A DNA stretch of 55,280 bases from the IMG/VR virus record IMGVR_UViG_3300033273_000069, positions 1-55,280 of that record, one strand, 5' to 3'. Under the pieces are notes generated by a model. The model had not been told where the DNA came from, did no database searches, and worked only from the letters and a program-made list of their open reading frames with translations. The position numbers were made by a program, and so were the translations under genes. Each line of letters starts with the position of its first letter. Position 1 is the stretch's first letter. Shown piece after piece: positions 44,970 to 55,098 of the stretch. Source of the stretch: a virus (Duplodnaviria > Caudoviricetes).

Positions 44970-47101
44970 TATGATTGCCCCGCGATTTTCATTGTTTTCT
45001 TCTCGGTTGTGTAGTTGTACGGATAGCAACGTGTGGTTCCATCAGAAGCTACGCCCCAGATGATTTTCACACCACCTGATCCGCCGTTTCCACCGCCCCA
45101 CGAGGTGCCCGATCCACCACCGCCTGCGCCGTGCATACCGCCTTGGCCTCCACGTTGAAAACTGTTTTCACCGTTGTCGTATTGGTTTTGGCGATAAACC
45201 CCACGAGAGCCGCCAGAGCCACCCCCGCCAGCACCACGGTAGTTGGCGGAACCTTCATAGTAAGAGTTCTCATTTCCCTGCGTACCACCATAACCTGATC
45301 CAGCTTGATCGTTTTGATCTGGGCGGCTGTCTGACTGTGAACCACGAAAGCCTTGACCGTCTAGGCCAGTACCGCCGCCACCGCCCTGACCATAGGTCGA
45401 GGAGTAGTTATTACTATTTCCACCGCCGCCATATTGACCATTAGAGTTGTTGCTATTAACGTTTTGGCCTCTATAACCACCCGCGCCAGTGCCGTGACGA
45501 TCATTAGAATATCCAGCACCACCACCGCCATAGTGCCAGCTATTAGTACCATCGCTTACGCTCGAGCCTTCTGAAGTGCGCATCCCGTAACCACCGCCGT
45601 CACGGCTGTTGTTATAGTTATACCCATTGCCTCTGTTCCAGTAGGTCAAGCCCATAATGCTTTCCCCACCAGTGTAGTTTGAGCTTTGACCATTAGGGTT
45701 GCTGGTAGAGAAGTTGGTGTAGCCGCCTTGCTGCGCGTAAATCAAACAATTCCCCGTAGATGCTCGAATTAAGAAGCTAGGGCCACCACCATATGATCCG
45801 TGATTGCTTTCTGAATAGCGTCCTAGTCCAACACCGACGATAAATTCTTCACCAGGAGTTACGCTAATTCCATTCATCCAACCAAGTCCAGCTCCGCCAC
45901 CACCGTCAGCAGACCAGTTGTACGCGCCCATACCACCGCCACCAATGCAACATGCTGCTATTTGGGTGACGCCAACTGGAACAATCCAACGGAAACGGAC
46001 AGTTTGGTAGTTGCTGCTCGACTGCCAAACTTGTGTATCGCTGTTGTGGAAGCCCAGCGATCCATTCTTTCTATATGCGGTTGTTGTATTGTTTGCATAA
46101 TTCGACGGACTGCTTACGCGAGTTTGCATGTCGTTTGCCCATTCGCAGCCGTAACCATCATTAAAAAGATAGGGAGATGTGTCATACCGATTATCTTGAT
46201 ACCGACGAAGTGCGCCTGTTCCCTTACTAAAGTTAAGGTCTTGCTGTGTTTCAGCAAGACTACGGCTTGCGCCAGAAGTAAAATTTACCCGCGCATTGGC
46301 TGGACTAAACAGTGCAGAACCATATGGGTCGCCGTAGCCTATGTCACCAGTAAAGGTTTGCGAAAAAGTACCAAGCTCAGAACCAAGATTAGCCGTAACA
46401 GTATATTGGTGAGGGCTTGGGTCTTGTTCAATCGCGCCAACATTGGTCACTTTCACCTGACCAGTGGCAGGGTCAATAATTGGCGTTATGCCAGCAGGGA
46501 AGCCCGAAACACCTGATAAGGTAAATATTGCGCCAGAGTATGTTGTGGTTGGCCCATCCGCTAAGACCTGATCGCCAGCCGTGTTTTGCAAAATTTGAGA
46601 GAATTTGTGAACGTTTGTAGACCAAACAGGAGTTGTGCCAGCAGGGAAACGCTTCAACTCGTAATGAATAGTCGCCTCTGTTCCAGCGTTGTCGTAATAC
46701 TTAATAGAAAACGTCGATGTACCCTCTGTCGAAGGTGTGCCATAGATACGGTAAGCACCAATATCAGTATTCGTACTGTCACCATCAGTGGATGACGAAA
46801 CACCAGCAGGTAAGGCTGTTGCCCCATCCGTATAAGTGAACTCGAAAGTACCTGTAGCTGTTTCAAACGCATTGTCGAAATAGATGTACTGATCTTTCGC
46901 TTCAATCGCTGTATTAACATCCATCTTGACGGTAATTGTGTCACCGTCATTCAGGTATCCATCAAAGTTATTATTGTTTGAGTAGATGCTACCTTTGGCG
47001 ATACGAAGCGTACCGCCAGCAGCAGTTGTTCCTGATGCACCGCCGCCACCAAACGTGTACTCGTCACCAGAAATTTTATACTTTCTACGTCTACGTGCCA
47101 T
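44969..47101 (-). CDS. Tail fibre/receptor-binding protein with Ig-like repeats and a Gly-rich C-terminal domain
   Basis: LPAGV...IYGTP Ig-like motifs; WIVPVGVTQI..CIGGGG...GGVKIIWG Gly-rich domain. Confidence 0.8.
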   Translation of the reverse strand: MARRRRKYKISGDEYTFGGGGASGTTAAGGTLRIAKGSIYSNNNNFDGYLNDGDTITVKMDVNTAIEAKDQYIYFDNAFETATGTFEFTYTDGATALPAGVSSSTDGDSTNTDIGAYRIYGTPSTEGTSTFSIKYYDNAGTEATIHYELKRFPAGTTPVWSTNVHKFSQILQNTAGDQVLADGPTTTYSGAIFTLSGVSGFPAGITPIIDPATGQVKVTNVGAIEQDPSPHQYTVTANLGSELGTFSQTFTGDIGYGDPYGSALFSPANARVNFTSGASRSLAETQQDLNFSKGTGALRRYQDNRYDTSPYLFNDGYGCEWANDMQTRVSSPSNYANNTTTAYRKNGSLGFHNSDTQVWQSSSNYQTVRFRWIVPVGVTQIAACCIGGGGMGAYNWSADGGGGAGLGWMNGISVTPGEEFIVGVGLGRYSESNHGSYGGGPSFLIRASTGNCLIYAQQGGYTNFSTSNPNGQSSNYTGGESIMGLTYWNRGNGYNYNNSRDGGGYGMRTSEGSSVSDGTNSWHYGGGGAGYSNDRHGTGAGGYRGQNVNSNNSNGQYGGGGNSNNYSSTYGQGGGGGTGLDGQGFRGSQSDSRPDQNDQAGSGYGGTQGNENSYYEGSANYRGAGGGGSGGSRGVYRQNQYDNGENSFQRGGQGGMHGAGGGGSGTSWGGGNGGSGGVKIIWGVASDGTTRCYPYNYTTEKKTMKIAGQS

Positions 47102-47107
47102 GTGTCG

Positions 47108-48964
47108 TTATTCCTCAATGCCGTGGATGCGAACAACAATGTCGTCTGCATCGGTGGTTACGATTACTTGTTCACCTTGTGAGGCCATGATTGCTGTACG
47201 TTCCAAGATTTCGCCCACCGCGATCTCGGCTTTTTCGTACTTGTCAGCTTGTGGCAATTCAAAGAAACGCTTTTCGCGCATGTATAGTTCGCCGTTGAAC
47301 ATTAAGTCGTAGCGGCGGTTCGCGTCACCGTTGTCTGAGTTCCACAGTGTAGACGTGACCAAAGCCGTTGCGTCATCATGTGGATCAGTTGTTTCTTCAT
47401 CTACGATTGAAAACGCCCAGCCCATGCCACTATGGTTAGGGCAGTAGGTGTAAAGCGTGTCTGGCGCGTTAGAAGGTACAGTCCACTCAATAATCTTTGG
47501 TTGCGATGCATATGTCGCGTCCTCGAAATGAGTTTCGTAGTCTGCCGCTGTCGTCACGACTTGCGCGTGATCCGCTGTAGCTGTCGCATCACCAACATAG
47601 TAAGTTACGCCACTCTCATACGCTGTGCCGTTTGAGTGTGGACCATCCTCTGTTGTGGAGAACAACATAGGGTGGTTGGTGTTTGAAGCGTCTGTCTGGT
47701 GGAAGCGATATGTGCGTCCACGTACAAATGTCCATTCAGGTACTTTTGTAGTAAGCTGCCCGTCAATAAAACGGTTAGACCCGTCGATTGAGGATACCCC
47801 AACATTCACTGGAACTTTTGCGTAGTGCTTGCTCTCAGTCCAAGTCAAGCCCAAGTCCGTTGTCGAGTGCTTCTTACCACCAGCCACAACAATAACGAAT
47901 GCGTTGCCCTCTGAACGAATGTCCAAAACATCCGCATACGCAACACCTGTTGGGAAGTCGAATACACTGTAGCCAGTTGTCGGGAAAGGAACTGCCGCTG
48001 TGTAAGCCGCGTACGCAACATTGCCGCCAGAGTACGCGATGTATAAGTTGCCTTCACCCGATGTCTCACCCTCAATCGCAGCCGCACCAATCATATAACC
48101 AGATACGCCTGTGGGTGGTGACATTGAATTAGATGTAAACTCAGCCTGTGTTTCAGGAGTGTCGTCATTTGAGATATAGTTAAAGCCCGTTGATGTACCA
48201 ACAATGAAGCGTTCTTCCGCTGTCTTAACACCAGCAATCTTCGAAATAGAGCCTAGACCCCAAGTAAACGCTGTGTTGTATGCCGCCGCGTTCGCACGGT
48301 AGTCAGCAATCGTGTTGACCAATGAGCCTGCCGCACCAGGAACACCCTGTACGTACGCCATTGCAAACGCGCCCTCTTGGTTGGTTGCCCACAATATGTT
48401 GTCTGTTGCTGTCATACCGTAGTTGGTAGCTGCTGTTGTAGCTGTCCCGCCAGATGTGATGTAGTTGGATAGAGTGTATACACCGCCGTCGTGTGGAGCG
48501 CGGATGTAAAGCTCTGTACCGTTATAGAACGGCAGAGGGTTGCCAACATTGTCTGTGTCTTGAACAACGTAGTTGACATCCGAACCGCTTACATTTTGCG
48601 CTGTCTGATATGTAAATATCTCTTTCGCCGCGATTGGGTTAGACGCAGTGTTCGCTGATGCTGGTTCGACAGGAGTTGTCTTTAGAGCAGTCAAAAGCGT
48701 AGATGTGCTTGTGCCAATCAGATCAAGTGTGTTCGAAGTATCCGCGTCGATCCATGTCTTTGAATACATAGACGGGCTTAGATAGTCCTCAAAGTCTTGC
48801 GCCTGATATGCCTTGTCAGAGACATACACATTTACGTTGGCGGCTGCGTCGCCATCGTTCAAGATGTTCAAGTTGAAGGTCGTCGTGCGGGATGCAGGAA
48901 CAGTGTAAACTACTTCTGTATCGCGAGCATTTACGACCTTTTTTCCTAATAGTCCGTTAGCCAT
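47108..48964 (-). CDS. Virion structural/tail appendage protein with a cupredoxin-like domain
   Basis: RGRTYRFHQTDASNTNHP...LYTYCPNHSGMG motif. Confidence 0.75.
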   Translation of the reverse strand: MANGLLGKKVVNARDTEVVYTVPASRTTTFNLNILNDGDAAANVNVYVSDKAYQAQDFEDYLSPSMYSKTWIDADTSNTLDLIGTSTSTLLTALKTTPVEPASANTASNPIAAKEIFTYQTAQNVSGSDVNYVVQDTDNVGNPLPFYNGTELYIRAPHDGGVYTLSNYITSGGTATTAATNYGMTATDNILWATNQEGAFAMAYVQGVPGAAGSLVNTIADYRANAAAYNTAFTWGLGSISKIAGVKTAEERFIVGTSTGFNYISNDDTPETQAEFTSNSMSPPTGVSGYMIGAAAIEGETSGEGNLYIAYSGGNVAYAAYTAAVPFPTTGYSVFDFPTGVAYADVLDIRSEGNAFVIVVAGGKKHSTTDLGLTWTESKHYAKVPVNVGVSSIDGSNRFIDGQLTTKVPEWTFVRGRTYRFHQTDASNTNHPMLFSTTEDGPHSNGTAYESGVTYYVGDATATADHAQVVTTAADYETHFEDATYASQPKIIEWTVPSNAPDTLYTYCPNHSGMGWAFSIVDEETTDPHDDATALVTSTLWNSDNGDANRRYDLMFNGELYMREKRFFELPQADKYEKAEIAVGEILERTAIMASQGEQVIVTTDADDIVVRIHGIEE

Positions 48965-48976
48965 AGTTGTCCTCGT

Positions 48977-49345
48977 TTACGATTGTGACAGGAAAAAGAC
49001 CTTTGACGGTGACATTTGGTATGCGTTCAACGCAGACTGAATGCTCGTCTGTAGGCCGTTAAGAGCGTTTTGCTCGGTTAAAGATGCAGCCTGTACCGCT
49101 GCAATCTGAGTATCACCTTCGCTCGCAACGTCTGCGATCTCGGTGTCACCCGCTGACGTGACGCGAGCAAGCTGCGCATCACCTTCTGCCGACACTGCCG
49201 ATAGGTTGGCATTGCCGTTAAAGATTTCGATCATACGCGCCAAGTACACCAGTTCGGCGTTCGGCGTGGATGACGTTAAATTCGTTAAGCGACTAGATAG
49301 TTCGTCTGCAAGAGACTGCTGATCTGCGACTGAAATATTGGGCAT
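48977..49345 (-). CDS. Hypothetical virion-module protein
   Basis: Internal xxEGDxQI repeats; coupled in operon. Confidence 0.7.
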   Translation of the reverse strand: MPNISVADQQSLADELSSRLTNLTSSTPNAELVYLARMIEIFNGNANLSAVSAEGDAQLARVTSAGDTEIADVASEGDTQIAAVQAASLTEQNALNGLQTSIQSALNAYQMSPSKVFFLSQS

Positions 49346-49881
49346 TACAAAGTGCTCCCGTCAAAGAGTTCTCCGTGTAGCTGGGCGATCAGGATGCCCT
49401 GCGCAATCACGGTTGGAGTGGTTTGGTACGCTTGGTTCATGTACGTCTGCGCAAGATCGCGTGCAGAGTTCGCTGCATCGCGTGCCCCTTCAGCCAAGCT
49501 CTGCGCAAGCTCCGCTGCATTCTCAGAGGCAAGGGCTTCTTCTGCGCTCTGCTCCGCGTCTGCACGCTTAGTTTCCATGTTGGCGAGAGCCGTAGTCTTG
49601 AAGTTCTCCAAGTCTGTGAAGAGTTGCGTGAAGGATGCGATCTCTTGGAACTGACCGTCCGTACCGATGCGAAGTTCTAATGTCTGAGTGTCGTTCGCGT
49701 TTGTGTAGCGGAACTCAAAGGCGTCGATGTCACCCGTCGCGTCGTTGAACAACTTACCCATAAGGGTCGCCAGTGATAGGCCGCCCATCTCCGCATCTTC
49801 AAGATACGTATCAAGAAGAGTGGTGCCCGTATTCTGCGAGCGGAAGTTAAGCTGTTCGGAAGGGACGCGCGTACGTGCCAT
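49345..49881 (-). CDS. Hypothetical virion-module protein (Ala-rich coiled coil)
   Basis: TAATG coupling. Confidence 0.7.
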   Translation of the reverse strand: MARTRVPSEQLNFRSQNTGTTLLDTYLEDAEMGGLSLATLMGKLFNDATGDIDAFEFRYTNANDTQTLELRIGTDGQFQEIASFTQLFTDLENFKTTALANMETKRADAEQSAEEALASENAAELAQSLAEGARDAANSARDLAQTYMNQAYQTTPTVIAQGILIAQLHGELFDGSTL

Positions 49882-50153
49882 TAATTATCCTCATCCATTC
49901 GTTTCGCCAGATCAGCCAACTTAGCTGCGCGGCTTGCTGACATTGCGAGCAGTTCTTCGGTGTTAGCCATCCGACCCGCTACGTCGCCCATGTCGCGCTG
50001 TAGGCTTTCTCTTGCTGCCAATATTGCACTACGAAGGGCCGCTATGTCGTCCCTCATAGGTTTTAATTCTTCATGAATACGGGCGTCGATGTACTCACGC
50101 GTTGTTGCGTCTACCTGAGACGCCCAATGGCGGCTTGGTACGGGGTTCGTCAT
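49881..50153 (-). CDS. Small coiled-coil protein
   Basis: ATGA overlap with the portal stop. Confidence 0.7.
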   Translation of the reverse strand: MTNPVPSRHWASQVDATTREYIDARIHEELKPMRDDIAALRSAILAARESLQRDMGDVAGRMANTEELLAMSASRAAKLADLAKRMDEDN

Positions 50154-52066
50154 CGCTGCGGTGCCTCTCTCATTGGGACTAGGTTTCCTTTCCTGACTTG
50201 ATCCTCAATCTGCTCTTGAGGCTGTACGTTCGCGCCACGTAGTTTTTCCATCATCATCATTTGCTGTGACGGAGTTGGCCCTTGCTGCTGCTGCTCTTTC
50301 GAGATTTTGAACTGATCAAGGTCAGATACACCCATGCTGCGGATCGCCTCTTCGACGATCTTGCCGCTGTTGTACTCCATCGCCATGCCAGTCTCGTTCA
50401 GAGTACGAAGCATAGTGATCCATGTCTCCGCATTGCGGGTCGGCTCTAGTGGAAGCGTACCGTCTACGACGAGGTACTCGATCTCGCCCTGAATGTCTTG
50501 GAGCGAGAAGTCTAGGTAGCCGTCCTTCACCATATCCGCGACAGAAGATGCACTGTCGTTCTCGGAAATGCGGATCGAACTTTCTGGCGCAAAGAAGTCT
50601 TGGATGTTTGCTACCATCATGCGCACCATAGGGCGCACCGAGGTAGCTGAGATCGTACGCGCCAGTACGCCAAGACGTTGAGAGCCTAGCTGGGTCAGAC
50701 GCTGGATTTCTGTGGCTGTACGAATACCGTCAGACGTTGGCATACCCTGCTGCGCATCTGAAGCGGCTGATAGACGTTGCTTGAGTTCGCCCATCGCCTG
50801 AATGTCATTCCAGTGACCGCGTGTTACGTCAGGTATCTGACTGATGAACACACCCTCACCTGGCTTTACGCCTGGAAGTGTACGAACGATGCCATGTGGG
50901 TTGCGGTCGATCAGGTCGCCAATAGCGATCTGCGTCGGATCAACGAACATGAGGTTGGTTAAGGCGGCCTGCACGTTGTCGATACGTGACCGAAGCAGCC
51001 AAGTCGCAACGTCGTGGAGGGGGAGGAGCAAATCATACAACGATTGCGAATAGGTCTTATGCGCGTCGTGGTACAGGCCGCCGATTACGACAGGGAACTG
51101 TCTGCCGTAAGGGTTCAACTGACAACGGATAACTACGTTCTCATCGAGTATTGTGATACACAGCCACAACTGTTCTATTTGAGGAACGCCGATCTCGTAA
51201 CCAGCCAAACGAACCCAGCACTCGTCAACGACACGGCTATCTCCGAGGGCGAAGAAAGTTCCGCCACTTTCGCGACGGTTGCGCTCTGCTGGGTCAATAC
51301 TTAATCCTCGTCCCGCTTCTTTGTGCCATCTATGTCCGTCCCAGCCACCAGCAGGAGGCGTAAGGCGGTTGCGCAACGACGGGTACTGCTTGAGTTTGGG
51401 ATACATTCCCGTCTGGAGGAGGCTGTCGTAAGAGGCGAAGTCAGAGAAGATGATGTACTGCATCCGCTCCCAATCGCCCCATTGGACGCGGGGGTCGTGG
51501 AAAACGCGTCGCGGGTCGAAGTTTGTGATGTGGTTTGTTCGCGACGAAGCATCCCACGTAACTTTCGTGGGTGCGTATCCGTACCGAATGCTGTCAAGAA
51601 GGTGTTGGGCAAGGCGTGCTTCTCCTGCTGTTCTACGCATTTGCTGATGCAGCAAACGCTCAATGATTGCAGATGATTTACGAGACTTGCGATTTAATCC
51701 TTCTAACTGGAACATTGGGTTGCGGCCCGTAAGGGCTGCCATCAAGTAAGTCAGTACCGTGTCTGCGATAGCACGGGTATCTGCGATGACTGCCTTCTCG
51801 CGGAACGCGGTAGCATGTGGGTCTACGTACACGTCGTGTGCACGGTCTGCCTGCGTCCAATGATCGTAACGGCGCGAGATGCGGTCATATGACATCTGCA
51901 TTGCCGAACGGACATAATCCACTATGCGCTGCTCCTGTTCTTCAGAAAGCAACGATGAAATGTCCTCATAAGCCATGAGGGCATCAGCGTGTTCGGATAA
52001 GTCTACGACGATGCCGTCGCTCTCAGGAACAAAATCCGCACGGTAATTTGTTGTCGTCAGTGCCAT
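50150..52066 (-). CDS. Portal protein
   Basis: 638 aa directly downstream of terL; RTATEI motif; Gln-rich C-terminal barrel. Confidence 0.88.
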   Translation of the reverse strand: MALTTTNYRADFVPESDGIVVDLSEHADALMAYEDISSLLSEEQEQRIVDYVRSAMQMSYDRISRRYDHWTQADRAHDVYVDPHATAFREKAVIADTRAIADTVLTYLMAALTGRNPMFQLEGLNRKSRKSSAIIERLLHQQMRRTAGEARLAQHLLDSIRYGYAPTKVTWDASSRTNHITNFDPRRVFHDPRVQWGDWERMQYIIFSDFASYDSLLQTGMYPKLKQYPSLRNRLTPPAGGWDGHRWHKEAGRGLSIDPAERNRRESGGTFFALGDSRVVDECWVRLAGYEIGVPQIEQLWLCITILDENVVIRCQLNPYGRQFPVVIGGLYHDAHKTYSQSLYDLLLPLHDVATWLLRSRIDNVQAALTNLMFVDPTQIAIGDLIDRNPHGIVRTLPGVKPGEGVFISQIPDVTRGHWNDIQAMGELKQRLSAASDAQQGMPTSDGIRTATEIQRLTQLGSQRLGVLARTISATSVRPMVRMMVANIQDFFAPESSIRISENDSASSVADMVKDGYLDFSLQDIQGEIEYLVVDGTLPLEPTRNAETWITMLRTLNETGMAMEYNSGKIVEEAIRSMGVSDLDQFKISKEQQQQGPTPSQQMMMMEKLRGANVQPQEQIEDQVRKGNLVPMREAPQR

Positions 52067-52073
52067 AACACAA

Positions 52074-52105
52074 CATTTACTCCTATAATTACCCTTCAGT
52101 CGTCC
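52074..52105 (-). promoter_or_regulatory. GGACGAC-type late promoter of the portal operon
   Basis: GGACGAC-N19-TAAATG. Confidence 0.6.
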
Positions 52106-53770
52106 TTATTCGCCCCAACCACGCCACGCTCCGATGAGCTTGTTTAAGTCGGACTTCTGGCTCCATAAACTGTCGCTTGCCTTGGGCAATGCGAACGAAG
52201 GTGGTGAGTAGTATTCACCCGTGGCAGGCGTACGTGCGAGTACGTCGAGGCCGATAGTCATGGCGTCCACGATGTCGTCGTGCGTACCAGACGGGAACGA
52301 TTGCATCTCCTCGTGGAATACGTCGAGCCAAGGGGCCGCGCTGGGAATAAGTACGCGCCCACCCTCGATGAGCGGCAGGACTGCCGCGAGGCGAGATACT
52401 TTGTCGTTTGAGACTTTGTACGGGATTACAGATACGCCGCTCTCGCGCTTGAGTTCTTGCAAGAGGGACTGGCCCGATGCCTTGTCCTCGATGTAGATGC
52501 CGCGCAAGCCACGACCACGCCACTGGTTGTTCAGCATGATCATGCGGCGTTTAAGATCGGGGAACTCGAAGCGGTCACGCAGTACATCGACGATGTAGAT
52601 GTCGCCTGTATTGTCGAGGCCCATCGTCATCATGACAGAATAGTCGCTGTCTTGGCGGGCTTTGAAGGCGGTGTCCGCCGCGATGATGAGAGAGTTGAAG
52701 TTTTCGGGCTTCATATCCTCTGGGTACGTACGCCACCAGTGCGAGCGGATCATGTTGCCGCCCTGAATGTAGGGTGTCTGTTGGTACAGAGATGCGAACT
52801 CGCGTGGGTTCAGTCTTTGACGACGTTCCAAATCTTCGAGAGAAAACCGTTCGGGCCAGAGGGCGGTCTTTTCAGTCTTACGTATGTATCGCTTTCCTGC
52901 GGAGAGCTTACTCGCTTCACCTGGGGCAAGGTACTGCGGGTGATCGGCTGGTAGATTGGAGCGGGAAATCTTACCACCGTCTCCCTGAATTGGTCTTTCT
53001 TCAATGGCAGGGAAATTAATGTGAAGCCAACGTCCTTCGTGCCAGTCATCAGTTTGCATAAGTCGCCCCGCGAGATCGTCGGGGTGCCAGCGGGTGAGGA
53101 TGATGATCTGGGCGGGGGGTACACCGTCAACGTCGGGTTGGAGACGCGTTGATAGAGCGGATACATAATAATTCCAGACTTTGTTGCGCTGCGTCGCACT
53201 CTCTGCCTCCTCTCGTGACTTTAGTGGATCGTCGAACAGGAGAAGATTGGCTGCACGACCAGATGTTGTACCGCCCACACCAATGAAATACGCGGCTCCG
53301 CCGCCCGTCGTACGCCACTGGTCTACTGCACGGCTGTCCTGGGACATCTCAAAGTCGGGGAACGCTTGGGATGTGAGGGGTTCGTTGCAGAGATCGCGGA
53401 CTTGGCGACCGAAATCAGTGGCGAGTTGGCTGTTGTAGGACGTGGACATGAGGAAACGCGACGGTTTGCGCGACATGAAGTAGGCGGGGAAGATCACGGA
53501 GCCATACGTAGACTTGCCGTGGCGCGGCGGCATGGTGATGAGAAGGTTACGTACGGGTACTTCCTCGGTCTTTGCCCGCTCTGCGGCTGATAGGCCGTGG
53601 TGGGACGTGAGGGTGTTCTTCTCTAGCTTGTCGAGGGCGTCGATCATATCGAGATGGAACTGCGGTAGCTTCCAGTTCGGGTACTGTAGGCGCACCCAGC
53701 CTAAGAAACTGTCCTCGGCGGCCTTCAGTTTGAGCAGATGTTTCGCGGCGTCTTGTGCTGTAAGTGTCAA
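52106..53770 (-). CDS. terL: Terminase large subunit
   Basis: MPPRHGKS, FDDPLK, TRWHPDDL, ADTA, IEDKASG, FPSGTHDDIVDA. Confidence 0.96.
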   Translation of the reverse strand: MTLTAQDAAKHLLKLKAAEDSFLGWVRLQYPNWKLPQFHLDMIDALDKLEKNTLTSHHGLSAAERAKTEEVPVRNLLITMPPRHGKSTYGSVIFPAYFMSRKPSRFLMSTSYNSQLATDFGRQVRDLCNEPLTSQAFPDFEMSQDSRAVDQWRTTGGGAAYFIGVGGTTSGRAANLLLFDDPLKSREEAESATQRNKVWNYYVSALSTRLQPDVDGVPPAQIIILTRWHPDDLAGRLMQTDDWHEGRWLHINFPAIEERPIQGDGGKISRSNLPADHPQYLAPGEASKLSAGKRYIRKTEKTALWPERFSLEDLERRQRLNPREFASLYQQTPYIQGGNMIRSHWWRTYPEDMKPENFNSLIIAADTAFKARQDSDYSVMMTMGLDNTGDIYIVDVLRDRFEFPDLKRRMIMLNNQWRGRGLRGIYIEDKASGQSLLQELKRESGVSVIPYKVSNDKVSRLAAVLPLIEGGRVLIPSAAPWLDVFHEEMQSFPSGTHDDIVDAMTIGLDVLARTPATGEYYSPPSFALPKASDSLWSQKSDLNKLIGAWRGWGE

Positions 53771-53930
53771 AATATCATCCTCAGAGGGTCGTCGTCGAGC
53801 AATACGGGATTGTCAGTTTCGATGTAGCAGAACCATCTTCATGCTCTGTGATCTTGTTTATGTGGATCATGTCGTCACTCATAGTTTTTCTCCTTATCCT
53901 TTGCGGTAAATACAGGTAATATTCTCCGCA

Positions 53931-54218
53931 TTACTTGCTGGTTTTATTCTTTACGGTAAGCATCCAAGCATTGAAGTCTGCACTTGCCATGTAGTCTGCA
54001 AGCACACGTTCAATAGCCCGCAGCAGGTCTTCGTCAGGCTCTATGTATTCACCCACTGTGTTGTCGATCTTGGTGGGCTTACTACACAAGGCGTGATACT
54101 TCATAAGAGATACGATAACAATTTCTTCTTCGTAGTCGTCCTCTAGTTCACGTAGCATATTGCTGAACCTGTCAGTAATTGTATCTGCTATAGTACGGGT
54201 TACGTTGTAGTTACTCAT
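53931..54218 (-). CDS. Hypothetical protein inserted between terS and terL
   Basis: GGAGGAG RBS before ATG 54218. Confidence 0.65.
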   Translation of the reverse strand: MSNYNVTRTIADTITDRFSNMLRELEDDYEEEIVIVSLMKYHALCSKPTKIDNTVGEYIEPDEDLLRAIERVLADYMASADFNAWMLTVKNKTSK

Positions 54219-54516
54219 TTCTATCTCCTCCGCACATTGGGCAGGGATTAAGCCCCTTAATCTCCGCATAGCCAACACCATAGTCGTCATGCTTCACCTC
54301 TATGATGTCGTGGTTATTCAAGAGCCTTCCCATGTCGTTTCGCACACGAGCGATAATCCATCGTATGTCGTCAGGCGTTTCACCCCATAATTCTACAGGG
54401 CTAAACCCCCATGCGTCCCCTACCTCTTCGGTGGCAGGGTAAAACTCATGCACAGCGTAGTATGCTTCGCCTTTGGGGTAGATGTGCTTGATTAGTCGGT
54501 AATGCCATGTGCTCAT
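54211..54516 (-). CDS. Hypothetical phage protein (WHYRL...YYAVHEFY)
   Basis: ATGA coupling to terS; C-terminal CPMC. Confidence 0.7.
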   Translation of the reverse strand: MSTWHYRLIKHIYPKGEAYYAVHEFYPATEEVGDAWGFSPVELWGETPDDIRWIIARVRNDMGRLLNNHDIIEVKHDDYGVGYAEIKGLNPCPMCGGDRNE

Positions 54517-54842
54517 TCGTCTTTGTCCTCCACAACTTCGGCGTCGATGATGTCGTTCATACCCGCAGCGATTGCTTCGAGTTGCTCACGAGACATTTTT
54601 TCGGGGGCTTCTTGTACAGCGTGCTCGTGCTGTACGAACTGTGCGGTCAGATCGGGCATGACTTTGTTGAGCATTGCCGTGAACACCCGCGCTTGTGTGG
54701 GGTTCCACTCCTGTTTGCCCATGACGACGTTGTGGGCCTCGTCTATTTGCTTCTCAACACGGCGGTATAGACCCGCTCGCATGTTGGCGACTTGGAGGGG
54801 CGTAAGTTTTGCGCCCGTTTGTACTGAATTTTTGCGTGACAT
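54513..54842 (-). CDS. Terminase small subunit (putative)
   Basis: LNKVMPDL...MSREQLEAIAA pattern; first gene of the packaging operon. Confidence 0.7.
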   Translation of the reverse strand: MSRKNSVQTGAKLTPLQVANMRAGLYRRVEKQIDEAHNVVMGKQEWNPTQARVFTAMLNKVMPDLTAQFVQHEHAVQEAPEKMSREQLEAIAAGMNDIIDAEVVEDKDE

Positions 54843-55098
54843 TGATTGGTTCCAGACGTTTTCAATTTTGCTCAGATTTCTCGAGGGGTCGGAGATGGCA
54901 ATTCGCGAGCGGGCGGCGGCGGGATGGGGGGTGGCCCCCCTTTCGTACAGGATTTTGCCTCATTTTAGTCACATGACCGCGCTAATGCGTTGATTTTGCT
55001 GCATTTTCGCTCCCCTCGTAGGGGATTTTTGGGGTTTTTTCGCGTTACGAAAATTTCCAATTTCGCTCCTCTCGCGTATGAAAATTAGCCATACGCGC

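Noticed and set aside
44969-47101. Diversity-generating retroelement targeting the fibre
   Set aside because: No reverse transcriptase and no TR/VR repeat pair seen
34451-50052. Intragenic GTCGTCC hits (e.g. ~34451, ~50046) as late promoters
   Set aside because: Explained by Asp-Asp codons in mid-gene; not at operon starts
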